The notes beneath the pieces are model-generated. The model saw only the letters and a list, made by a program, of their open reading frames with translations. It had not been told where the DNA came from and ran no database searches. Of a stretch of 44,397 bases of DNA, positions 10,055-17,281 are shown one piece after another (position 1 is the first letter of the stretch; the number at the start of each line of letters is the position of its first letter). The stretch lies in contig JBBCAW010000067.1 of NCBI GenBank assembly GCA_051382295.1, positions 1-44,397 of the forward strand, given 5' to 3'. The position numbers and the translations under genes are program-made. The stretch comes from Bdellovibrionota bacterium FG-1. GTDB taxonomy: Bacteria > Bdellovibrionota > UBA1018.

Positions 10055-10456
10055 CTACATGACGTCCGCGATGGTCGTTTTTTCGAGAGTGTCAGAAACA
10101 AAATCACGAATGGTTTTAAAAAGACTCATGAGTTTTTTTTCATTTCTGATGGGCGTTGCTCTGTAAAAATATTTACTCACCGACTCGGTCGGAGCCAAGG
10201 CTCCATCAAACAGGCGGATCACTTCGCCCACGGTGATTTTATTGGCAGGCTTGGCAATTCGGTAGCCACCCTGCTGGCCCTTTACACTTGCGACATATCC
10301 CCCGTGTTTCATTGCGAGAAGGATTTGCTCCAAGAATTTAGGGGGGATCTTTTGAATTTTAGAGATCGTTTTTACGTTGGTATAGGTATCTTTTTCTTGT
10401 TGCGCTAAGAATACCAAGGCGAGAAGAGCGTATTCACTCCGGACCGTCATTTTCAT
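10055..10456 (-). CDS. Rrf2-family transcriptional regulator, cysteine-free (CymR-like)
   Basis: SEYALLAL, IP.KFLEQIL, V.SVKG..GGY.IAKPA..IT.GEVIR..DG; no Cys residues, so no IscR-type cluster ligands. Confidence 0.92.
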   Translation of the reverse strand: MKMTVRSEYALLALVFLAQQEKDTYTNVKTISKIQKIPPKFLEQILLAMKHGGYVASVKGQQGGYRIAKPANKITVGEVIRLFDGALAPTESVSKYFYRATPIRNEKKLMSLFKTIRDFVSDTLEKTTIADVM

Positions 10457-10470
10457 TTGTTGGATTCCAT

Positions 10471-10513
10471 AAATATGACCAGTTTAGTAGTATAATGGAT
10501 CTCTGGCTGGCAA
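10471..10513 (-). promoter_or_regulatory. Putative Rrf2 operator, copy 2 (autoregulatory)
   Basis: + strand AAATATGACCAGTTTAGTAGTATAA (10471-10495); minus-strand TTGCCA at 10508-10513, at the same spacing as copy 1. Confidence 0.7.
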
Positions 10514-10517
10514 GTGC

Positions 10518-10790
10518 TTACTCGGCGGTGGGTTCGATCATGGCGTTGGTCTGCTCAAGTGCGCGGGTGCGAAGTCGTGAAAACGAATCTGAAATGACTT
10601 TTAAAAAAACTGCTGGACTTCTAAATTCCCAAAATTTTTCGTGAAGATAATAGAGAAAGATCTTTGTAAAGACCTCGGCGCCGCCAATGACCATCGCTTG
10701 TTTTGCTGATCCCGTGGCTGCGTACGAGATGAGGGCCGTGCTCAAAGTTCCAAAAACTCGGTAGGAAATGGCTTTAGCTAACGCTTTCAT
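10518..10790 (-). CDS. DUF2061-family small membrane protein
   Basis: KAISYRVFGT..T..ISY..TG......IG..E..TK..LYYLHEK.W signature. Confidence 0.85.
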   Translation of the reverse strand: MKALAKAISYRVFGTLSTALISYAATGSAKQAMVIGGAEVFTKIFLYYLHEKFWEFRSPAVFLKVISDSFSRLRTRALEQTNAMIEPTAE

Positions 10791-10812
10791 AAGATGATTT
10801 GTCGTATAGCAC

Positions 10813-10836
10813 TAATATGATCAAGTTAGTAGTATA
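10813..10836 (-). promoter_or_regulatory. Putative Rrf2 operator, copy 3
   Basis: + strand TAATATGATCAAGTTAGTAGTATA upstream of the DUF2061 gene. Confidence 0.65.
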
Positions 10837-10870
10837 TAAATAAAGCCATCCTGCCCGCGAAGGGTCTGGT

Positions 10871-12259
10871 TTAGATTTCTTCAATATTTTCAGTGTCTTC
10901 GCGTAGATTTAGGGCGGCTACCAGATTCAGGGCCGCAAGGATACCGAGGTAGAGGGCCGGCGCCGTGACGGTATGATAGCGCTTGAAGAGCCAGGTGCCG
11001 AGCAGGGGTGCGGTTCCACCAAAGATGCAAAGCGAGATATTGTAGGCCAGCGCGATTGCGCTGTAACGGACGCGAGAGGGGAACATCTCTACCAACGTCG
11101 CCGGAATCGGTCCGAGGTACATACCCATCAAAACCGTAAAAACAAGCTGTGCGACCAGTGCCGGAAGAAAGCCCCCCTGGGTGACCAAGTAAAAGAGGGG
11201 CAGGGCCAGTATCATGATGCCGGCGGAGCTCACCACGAGCAGTGGCTTGCGTCCCACCCAGTCCGAGAGTCGGCCCATAATCGGAATCAGGGTGACCAGT
11301 AGGATAAGAGAGAAGGTGTTGATGGTCATCGCATAAGGGACATGGGGATGAATATAGCGACTCATAAATGCGGGCCACCAGACAAAAAGGAGATAGAAGC
11401 CGCCGCCCACCAGGGTGACCAGCATTGAAGCGTGGAAGATCTTTCCGGGCACCAGCTCGATTGCTTCGGCCAGGGGATTTCCGCCCAGGTCTCCATCCTT
11501 CCTCATTTGCTCAAAAACGGGTGTCTCCTCAAGCTCACTACGCATCCAGATCGCTACACACGCGATGACGACTCCTGAAAGAAAGGGCAAACGCCATCCC
11601 CAGGCCTGCATGTCATGGTCACCCAGAAGGGCGTTCAGGCCCACCGCGCACAGCGAACCCAGTGTCATTCCAAAGTAACCACTCGCAAAAGTCCAGCTGC
11701 TGAAATAGCCGCGCTGATTCTCGGGTGCGGTCTCGGCCACATAGGCGATGGAACCAATCATTTCTCCGCCGACTGAAAGGCCCTGTGCGACGCGCAGTAG
11801 AATCAAGAGAATGGGAGCCAAGGTCCCGATCTCGGCATGGGTCGGCAAGCAGCCAATGAGGAAGGTGGGGACCGCCATCATCATGACGGAGAGCTGAAGG
11901 GCTTTTTTTCGTCCGAACTGGTCGCCGATATAGCCAAAAAGAACTCCACCGAGGGGGCGCGCCAGAAAGGCCGCCGCAAAAACGCTGAACGCGCTCAAGA
12001 GCGAATCCAATGGATTATCCGACGGGAAAAACTGTTCACCGAGAATCGGGGCTAGAAAGCCAAAAACGGCAAAATCAAACCACTCCAGAACATTGCCGAC
12101 GATGCCGCCCACCATGTTTTTGGTGAAAGCGGCGCCTTGGGGGTCATTTGAGGGTTTTTTAGCCCGCGAAGCTTTCGCCTTTCGTTTCAATATGATTTGA
12201 ATGAGAAGGGCATTATTTTCCTGGGCGGCCGCTTCAGTTTGGTCTGACTTAATATCCAT
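10871..12259 (-). CDS. MFS transporter, metabolite:H+ symporter (ProP-like) family
   Basis: GNVLEWFDFAVFG, RPLGG.LFG.IGD.FGRK, QGLSVGGE, WGWRLPF, E.FP..VRYS; about 12 TM segments. Confidence 0.92.
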   Translation of the reverse strand: MDIKSDQTEAAAQENNALLIQIILKRKAKASRAKKPSNDPQGAAFTKNMVGGIVGNVLEWFDFAVFGFLAPILGEQFFPSDNPLDSLLSAFSVFAAAFLARPLGGVLFGYIGDQFGRKKALQLSVMMMAVPTFLIGCLPTHAEIGTLAPILLILLRVAQGLSVGGEMIGSIAYVAETAPENQRGYFSSWTFASGYFGMTLGSLCAVGLNALLGDHDMQAWGWRLPFLSGVVIACVAIWMRSELEETPVFEQMRKDGDLGGNPLAEAIELVPGKIFHASMLVTLVGGGFYLLFVWWPAFMSRYIHPHVPYAMTINTFSLILLVTLIPIMGRLSDWVGRKPLLVVSSAGIMILALPLFYLVTQGGFLPALVAQLVFTVLMGMYLGPIPATLVEMFPSRVRYSAIALAYNISLCIFGGTAPLLGTWLFKRYHTVTAPALYLGILAALNLVAALNLREDTENIEEI

Positions 12260-12324
12260 AACTTATTCTAAGTCCCAATCATCGCCTCTGGCAATAGGAC
12301 TCGTCTGGCTTTACACTGAGACCT

Positions 12325-13344
12325 ATGGCGACAATCTCTCCTGTTTTGCAGCAGCCATTTCGCGCGATGGTGTTTCTTGCCCTGGCGTTGGGAATTGGCG
12401 TGGCCGGCTGGGTGGATACCCTTCACGAGCAGCGGGAACAGGCGGCGGTGGTTGGAGAACGCACGTTGACGGTCGCGAAGGTGGTCGCGGCGATGGTGAA
12501 TCCAGAATACCTGAGAAAGTCCTCGTTGGGGCCGCCAGATTATTCGCAGCGCTTGACTCGATTGAGTGCCGCGATTTGCGATGCGGACGCTGGGATTAGG
12601 CGCATTATTTTTTTTCGAAGCGAGGCGGATCAGATTCGCTTTTTAGTGGATGCCACCGGGAATAAGGATCCTAAAAAATCGCAGAGTGGGGAGATCTATC
12701 AGGATGCGCCCGCTGAACTCCGCCGTGCGTTTCAGGAACGTCAGCCCAAGCCGTTTCTATTGCAGCGGCCAGGGTCGGTTTGGAGTTTGGTACCGGTTGT
12801 TGCTTCGGGTGGCGGGTTTCCTGTTGCGATTGCGGCGATTGAAACCGCTGCTTTGGAATCCCCTCGGGGCATGTCGCTTCTTTTTAAGACCGATGGGGTA
12901 GTGGTGGGCGCGGTCGTTTTGTTGGAATTTCTGCTCGCACTGCTGTATTTTCTTTCAGCTCCGCCTCGTGCGCTGGCGGCCCCTGTGGTTCAGGCAGACC
13001 CGGTGGTCCTTACTCCTGAGTTGCCAGAGTACATCAGTCCTGAAGTGGTCTCCGAAGTGGCGGTTTTTGTGTTTAGTGCCGAAGGTCAGGTGTTGGAGGT
13101 GAACGCGGCGGCGCTCGAACTCTGGAATTTTCCGGAGGCCGTGTTAGCGAAGAAAGAACATACCGCGATTTTGAAGTGGATGATGAATCAGATGGCGGAT
13201 CCGAACGGATTTCTTGGGCAAATTCAGGCTAAAGAAACCTCGCCCCTTCCATTCACTGTTACCCTGAAAGATGGTCGTGTGCTGACGTTTGATTCCAAGA
13301 TTAATGAAGCCCAGTGGACGTTGAAGTTTCGCAAGCCGGGATGA
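12325..13344 (+). CDS. Membrane sensor-like protein (TM-extracytoplasmic-TM-PAS) without an output domain
   Basis: Two hydrophobic segments around a Cache-like region; C-terminal PAS-like AVFVFSAEGQVLEVNAAALELW; no kinase, GGDEF or REC domain. Confidence 0.6.
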   Translation: MATISPVLQQPFRAMVFLALALGIGVAGWVDTLHEQREQAAVVGERTLTVAKVVAAMVNPEYLRKSSLGPPDYSQRLTRLSAAICDADAGIRRIIFFRSEADQIRFLVDATGNKDPKKSQSGEIYQDAPAELRRAFQERQPKPFLLQRPGSVWSLVPVVASGGGFPVAIAAIETAALESPRGMSLLFKTDGVVVGAVVLLEFLLALLYFLSAPPRALAAPVVQADPVVLTPELPEYISPEVVSEVAVFVFSAEGQVLEVNAAALELWNFPEAVLAKKEHTAILKWMMNQMADPNGFLGQIQAKETSPLPFTVTLKDGRVLTFDSKINEAQWTLKFRKPG

Positions 13345-13354
13345 TCAAAAAGTA

Positions 13355-13720
13355 TCATGCTGCTAGGGCGAGTTCAATGCCGTCAAATTTAGCGATAGGG
13401 ACCAGGGTCTTTTTGGGTCCCTTTTCGCGTAGTTCGACCAAACCTAAGTCTGCCAGGAACTTCACATCGGAATAAACATTCTTAAAATCCTTCTTCATGG
13501 CCTTAGCCAAGGCGGAGATCGATTTGGGTTTGAGGGCCGGGATGACCGTAAGGATCTGGAGGCGTGGCGGGGAGAGGATGCGACCCAAGATCTCCCAGCT
13601 ACTGACACTGAGTGTTTCTTCGCCTGGCGTTGGATGGGCTTTACCCTTCAGTGCGGAAGCCCAACGCTCACTGGTTTTTGCCACGCTCTCGACGATGATT
13701 TTTACTTTTTTTAACTTCAT
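13355..13720 (-). CDS. HTH antitoxin (COG4190/TumA-like)
   Basis: ILSPPRLQIL..I....PKSI.ALAK...KDFKNVYSDVK.L..LGLV. Confidence 0.8.
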   Translation of the reverse strand: MKLKKVKIIVESVAKTSERWASALKGKAHPTPGEETLSVSSWEILGRILSPPRLQILTVIPALKPKSISALAKAMKKDFKNVYSDVKFLADLGLVELREKGPKKTLVPIAKFDGIELALAA

Positions 13721-14016
13721 GGTTCAAAACCTGCCTTTCGTGAGAGATCCCAAAAATCAGCCAAAAGAGACGACTCGTTTCGGTAGAGATAGGGCAATTC
13801 GCTGGTTCCCAAATGAAGGTGCGGGCCTTTGGGTTTATGGTTGTCGATCCCAACAACAACCTCACCCGCGCTGACTAGAAAAAGCGAAAACTTCCGGCCA
13901 TCTGGATAGTCCTTGGACTGTGGGACACTCCAGATCTTGATCTCGGCTACTGCGGCATCCCTGGTTGTGGGGTTGAGAAGAAGACGTTTTTCCCTAAACA
14001 GAGGTTCCGCTTTCAC
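13717..14016 (-). CDS. DUF6516/TumE-like toxin
   Basis: IWSVP....YP.G.KFSLF......VVGIDNH..KG.HLH...LL.DFW; ATGA overlap with the HTH gene. Confidence 0.8.
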   Translation of the reverse strand: MKAEPLFREKRLLLNPTTRDAAVAEIKIWSVPQSKDYPDGRKFSLFLVSAGEVVVGIDNHKPKGPHLHLGTSELPYLYRNESSLLADFWDLSRKAGFEP

Positions 14017-14053
14017 ATCTATGGTTATACAACCATAGATGTTCCTTCGTCAA
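14015..14053 (-). promoter_or_regulatory. TA promoter with a perfect 12-bp palindromic operator
   Basis: ACATCTATGGTT-ATAC-AACCATAGATGT (14015-14042); minus-strand TTGACG(14053-14048)-N18-TATAAC(14029-14024). Confidence 0.75.
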
Positions 14054-14102
14054 GCTTAGTCTGAGTTCCCCAGTTGAGGTGGCCCTCAATGCATGTTGCG
14101 CT

Positions 14103-14942
14103 TTAATACCACGCAAACTCAGTGACTGTGCTCACCCTGAACCAGTGCAGGACTCTCTGTAACAAACCACTCTTGGGCCCAGTCATGATGCCCACGGCAT
14201 CCCCATCGCTTGGATCGATCAGAAACTCGGAGTAGGCGCGAAAGAGCTCAATGACGAGCGGATGGGGGGCTGTGCTGGGAAGTTTGAGCAGGCCCAGGAT
14301 CTCGCTAGGGCTTGCGATCGCACTCAAAATCAGTCTTTCGGCGAGCGGGAGGATGAGTTCGGGATGTTTTTGCCAGGCCTTGCTTTTCAAGGTTTTCAGC
14401 AGCGTTTTGTCGAAATATTGCGATGAAGGCGACGTGTAATCCGATCTTCTTCCGATCACAAAACGAGCGACCTCCATGCCTCGGTCATTTACCCAGACGT
14501 CTTGGGCCAGCGTCGACTGGACCATGCTCCATGCACCGGCGCCGCCGTCATGAATGATCTTCTGGGCCCATTCCACGGCTTGAGGTTTTTTTGCCCATTC
14601 GGGTTGGGTCAGAACCCGGGTGGCGAGCACCTCGTTCGCTAAACCTTTGGCGAGGATCCATTCAAACAGGTCGTTGATTTTGGGGCTGTGGGCCCATTGA
14701 GGGTCGAGCAAGGTCGAAGCTGCGATCTGGTTGAGTTGCAGTTTGAGCTGCGCGGAATTTTTTCCGGAGGATCTTGAATTTGATTTTAGGAGCGAAATAA
14801 CTTCGTCCGGGGTCCCTTTCTCTATTCGCGCATTTTGAACGGAGGGGGCTTTGACGCCCAGGTAAGACGCCAGTAGCGCGAACGCCGCTAACAAATATAG
14901 CCAACGCTGGAGTTTTTTGCTGGGCGGTTGAACGGGCAACAC
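14103..14942 (-). CDS. Hypothetical protein with an N-terminal membrane anchor and helical repeats
   Basis: 279-aa ORF abutting the upstream stop; TM near the N-terminus; recurring L..P.W motif. Confidence 0.6.
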   Translation of the reverse strand: MLPVQPPSKKLQRWLYLLAAFALLASYLGVKAPSVQNARIEKGTPDEVISLLKSNSRSSGKNSAQLKLQLNQIAASTLLDPQWAHSPKINDLFEWILAKGLANEVLATRVLTQPEWAKKPQAVEWAQKIIHDGGAGAWSMVQSTLAQDVWVNDRGMEVARFVIGRRSDYTSPSSQYFDKTLLKTLKSKAWQKHPELILPLAERLILSAIASPSEILGLLKLPSTAPHPLVIELFRAYSEFLIDPSDGDAVGIMTGPKSGLLQRVLHWFRVSTVTEFAWY

Positions 14943-15494
14943 TCAAGAGCCGCTCAAGATCGCGGTCGCTTGGCGCAAGAGTTCGAAGTAATCGCGCCAT
15001 AAGACGAGCACCGGAATGACCAAGAGGAAAAGCGCCAAAAATACGATGAGGGTCCAAGATTTCGTCCAAGTCTTACCCAGTCTGGTCGAGCGGCGCGAAA
15101 CCAACCAGATCCGCAGCGCAATGAATAGGACCAGGCATGCGCTTTCAGTATAAAGCAAAATTTCGAGGTTGGGGTGGTGCTGTAGCCGATCGACGCTCTG
15201 GAGCACTTGGGTGTCCGTGAAGAGTTTAACCGTGCGTTTACCCGCAGGATATCCCATGAACTTTTGAAACTGTTGAGTTTCGGCCGGAGAAAGTGGCACA
15301 AGTAATGATGAGGGTGTCTCTTGAGGTCCGGGCAGTTCGAGTTGTTTTTCTATCGGGTCCAGCAGTTTTAGGCGCCCGCTGTGATGGGGCGTCGTCGTCG
15401 CCGGTGCCAAGACAGCGGGCATTGCCACACTGTCTTCGTCATCATCAAGGACTGGAGGGACTGGTTTGGTCTGAATTTGTTGCGTAGTAGCCAT
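14943..15494 (-). CDS. Hypothetical membrane protein (low-complexity acidic/Pro-rich N-terminus, two C-terminal TM helices)
   Basis: 183-aa ORF starting 3 nt after the TauE stop. Confidence 0.65.
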   Translation of the reverse strand: MATTQQIQTKPVPPVLDDDEDSVAMPAVLAPATTTPHHSGRLKLLDPIEKQLELPGPQETPSSLLVPLSPAETQQFQKFMGYPAGKRTVKLFTDTQVLQSVDRLQHHPNLEILLYTESACLVLFIALRIWLVSRRSTRLGKTWTKSWTLIVFLALFLLVIPVLVLWRDYFELLRQATAILSGS

Positions 15495-15497
15495 AGT

Positions 15498-16310
15498 TTA
15501 TCTCATGATCGAAGAGTAAATCATATGAAGAGCCACGAGTGAAACCACGATTGCCAGCAGGGATCGGATCTTCTTTTCCGAAGTCTTGCTCGAAATCGCC
15601 GCACCGATGATGGCCCCAAAAATTGTACCGATCCCCATTGTCATCATGAAATCCAGTTTGACGTGGCCCATGAAGGCGAAGATCACGGTTCCGATAAAGG
15701 ACGAAATAAAGAGAATGAAGTGCGAAGTGGCGACCGCGACATGAGGGGGAACCCGCAGCATCGTGATCAGGAAGGGGACATGGATCACGCCGCCGCCAAT
15801 GCCCAGGAGATTGGCCAGGAAGCCGATGATGAAAGTGCCGATGATGCCAATTTCGATGTTGGTTGTGTACTCAATCTTTTCGCCTTTTGCGGTGGTAATG
15901 GTCATGGCATCTTTTTGCATGAGATTAGCCATTTTGAAGACCCAGTCGCGCATCGAGTAGAGATAGTAAGCGAGGAAAAGCAGAAAAACGCTGAACACCA
16001 GTTTGAAGCCATCCGAGGTGTAATGGCGCACGATAAACGGGCCCAAGATGGCTCCCGGCAAGGCCGCAAGCGCTAGGCGTTTGGCGAATTCAAAATCGAT
16101 GCGTCTTTGTGCGGCATACAGAAAAGACCCCGCCATCGTATTGAGCGCGATGATTGAGAGCGAGGTGCCAATCGCGTCCTGCGGTGAAAAATCAAAAAAC
16201 ATCATGAGAAGAGGGACATGAATCCAGCCGCTGCCTACCCCAATCACGGTGCCCAGGGTCCCGATCAGGGTTCCGAAGATCATCAGCAGCAAGCCTGCAA
16301 ACAGGGTCAT
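15498..16310 (-). CDS. TauE/SafE-family permease; likely MamO-Cter equivalent given the MGC context
   Basis: G.G.GWIHVP, AIGTSL, LLGIGGG.IHVP, A.ATSHF; about 8 TM segments. The TauE call is strong; the MamO-Cter call rests on synteny. Confidence 0.85.
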   Translation of the reverse strand: MTLFAGLLLMIFGTLIGTLGTVIGVGSGWIHVPLLMMFFDFSPQDAIGTSLSIIALNTMAGSFLYAAQRRIDFEFAKRLALAALPGAILGPFIVRHYTSDGFKLVFSVFLLFLAYYLYSMRDWVFKMANLMQKDAMTITTAKGEKIEYTTNIEIGIIGTFIIGFLANLLGIGGGVIHVPFLITMLRVPPHVAVATSHFILFISSFIGTVIFAFMGHVKLDFMMTMGIGTIFGAIIGAAISSKTSEKKIRSLLAIVVSLVALHMIYSSIMR

Positions 16311-16723
16311 TTATCTATCTCCTTGATTGAAATCGCCGAATGCGGGCAGGCGGAAACGCAACTGCGGCAGCCCAGGCAAACGGAAGGATCCACCCTAGAA
16401 TGACCGGCCATGAATTTTTTGGAAAATGAAATCGCGAAAGCCTCGTCACAATTAGGAATGCAATTCTTGCAGCCCAGGCATTTGTCGATATCAATCCATG
16501 CCACCGGTCTTTTGTTGTTTTTTTTGCCGCCTTTTCCGTTGTTCTTCCCGCAGCTGTCATAAATCGCGCCCCGGTTACAAGTATTGAAACATATACCGCA
16601 GCCATCGCACAAAGATTGATTGATCTCGTGCTTGATCTTTTTGTCCCCGACAATGGCCTGGAGAGGGCATTTTTTTCGGCAGAGACCGCAGCCGATGCAC
16701 TCGTCTTTGATAAGGTATTTCAT
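16307..16723 (-). CDS. Polyferredoxin with four CxxCxxCxxxC motifs (Mad9-like by context)
   Basis: CIGCGLCRKKC, CDGCGICFNTC, CLGCKNCIPNC, CLGCRSCVSAC; ATGA overlap with tauE. Confidence 0.85.
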   Translation of the reverse strand: MKYLIKDECIGCGLCRKKCPLQAIVGDKKIKHEINQSLCDGCGICFNTCNRGAIYDSCGKNNGKGGKKNNKRPVAWIDIDKCLGCKNCIPNCDEAFAISFSKKFMAGHSRVDPSVCLGCRSCVSACPHSAISIKEIDK

Positions 16724-16890
16724 AAAATCACTAAAAGCGTGTCCCCCCGAGTAGGGGGTGGATTATTTTTTGACTTTTCTTGTTTAGCGTAGGTGCTGAA
16801 TATAACAACGAATATCATAACAAAAGCCTAAATGAAAACAAATTGACGCATTACGCTAAGTCTGCGTTAGCAAGAAGATTTGCAACTTTC

Positions 16891-16909
16891 AGAAGTTAAG
16901 CTAACCTAA
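16891..16909 (+). promoter_or_regulatory. Candidate DtxR/IdeR-type iron box
   Basis: AGAAGTTAAGCTAACCTAA matches 15 of 19 positions of TTAGGTTAGSCTAACCTAA with a perfect right half-site; abuts the ATG at 16909. Confidence 0.4.
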
Positions 16910-17271
16910 TGATTATGGAAAATGACTCACTGGAAGATGTCGAAACCAGTTTTATTGACGCCGTATCAAAAACAGCTAACGGAGTATCCAACGTGATCGG
17001 CAAGGGTGCCGGCTATTGTGCTGGTTTTGTGACCCGGATTTACAAGGACACCAAGGAATCCGTAAGCAATTCCTCGTTTTATCAAAGTTCTTTTTCCGGG
17101 GTGGACTTTAAATTCCTGACGAGACGAAGGGGTGAGTCTACTTCGATTCAGGGCGATGAGGGAAATACCCCCGAATTTTATGAAGGCCTGGGGCGAGAGA
17201 TTTTTCACACTGCCAGGGCCGCCGAGAAGAACGAAAATTTAGTCATCATCAACACTTCAAAATATAGATAG
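16909..17271 (+). CDS. Small helical protein, candidate Mad10-like magnetosome protein
   Basis: 120 aa with an amphipathic segment (GKGAGYCAGFVTRIY) and C-terminal helix FYEGLGREIF; divergent from the Mad9-like gene. The family call comes from size and context only. Confidence 0.5.
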   Translation: MIMENDSLEDVETSFIDAVSKTANGVSNVIGKGAGYCAGFVTRIYKDTKESVSNSSFYQSSFSGVDFKFLTRRRGESTSIQGDEGNTPEFYEGLGREIFHTARAAEKNENLVIINTSKYR

Positions 17272-17281
17272 ATCCTAATAC

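Noticed and set aside
10055..10456. iscR
   Set aside because: The protein has no cysteines, so it cannot ligate the IscR-type cluster.
9971..10836. CRISPR array
   Set aside because: The three motif copies are 340-500 bp apart and separated by whole genes. No cas genes or regularly spaced repeats were seen in the window.
10871..12259. MFS as MamH/MamZ
   Set aside because: It has the GNxLEWFDF signature of ProP/MHS metabolite symporters, has no ferric-reductase domain, and lies outside the cluster.
6605..16310. Inferring greigite biomineralisation from the sulfur genes and TauE
   Set aside because: A TauE domain is part of MamO in magnetite producers too, and the sulfur module has its own regulator. 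The mineral type cannot be determined from this window.
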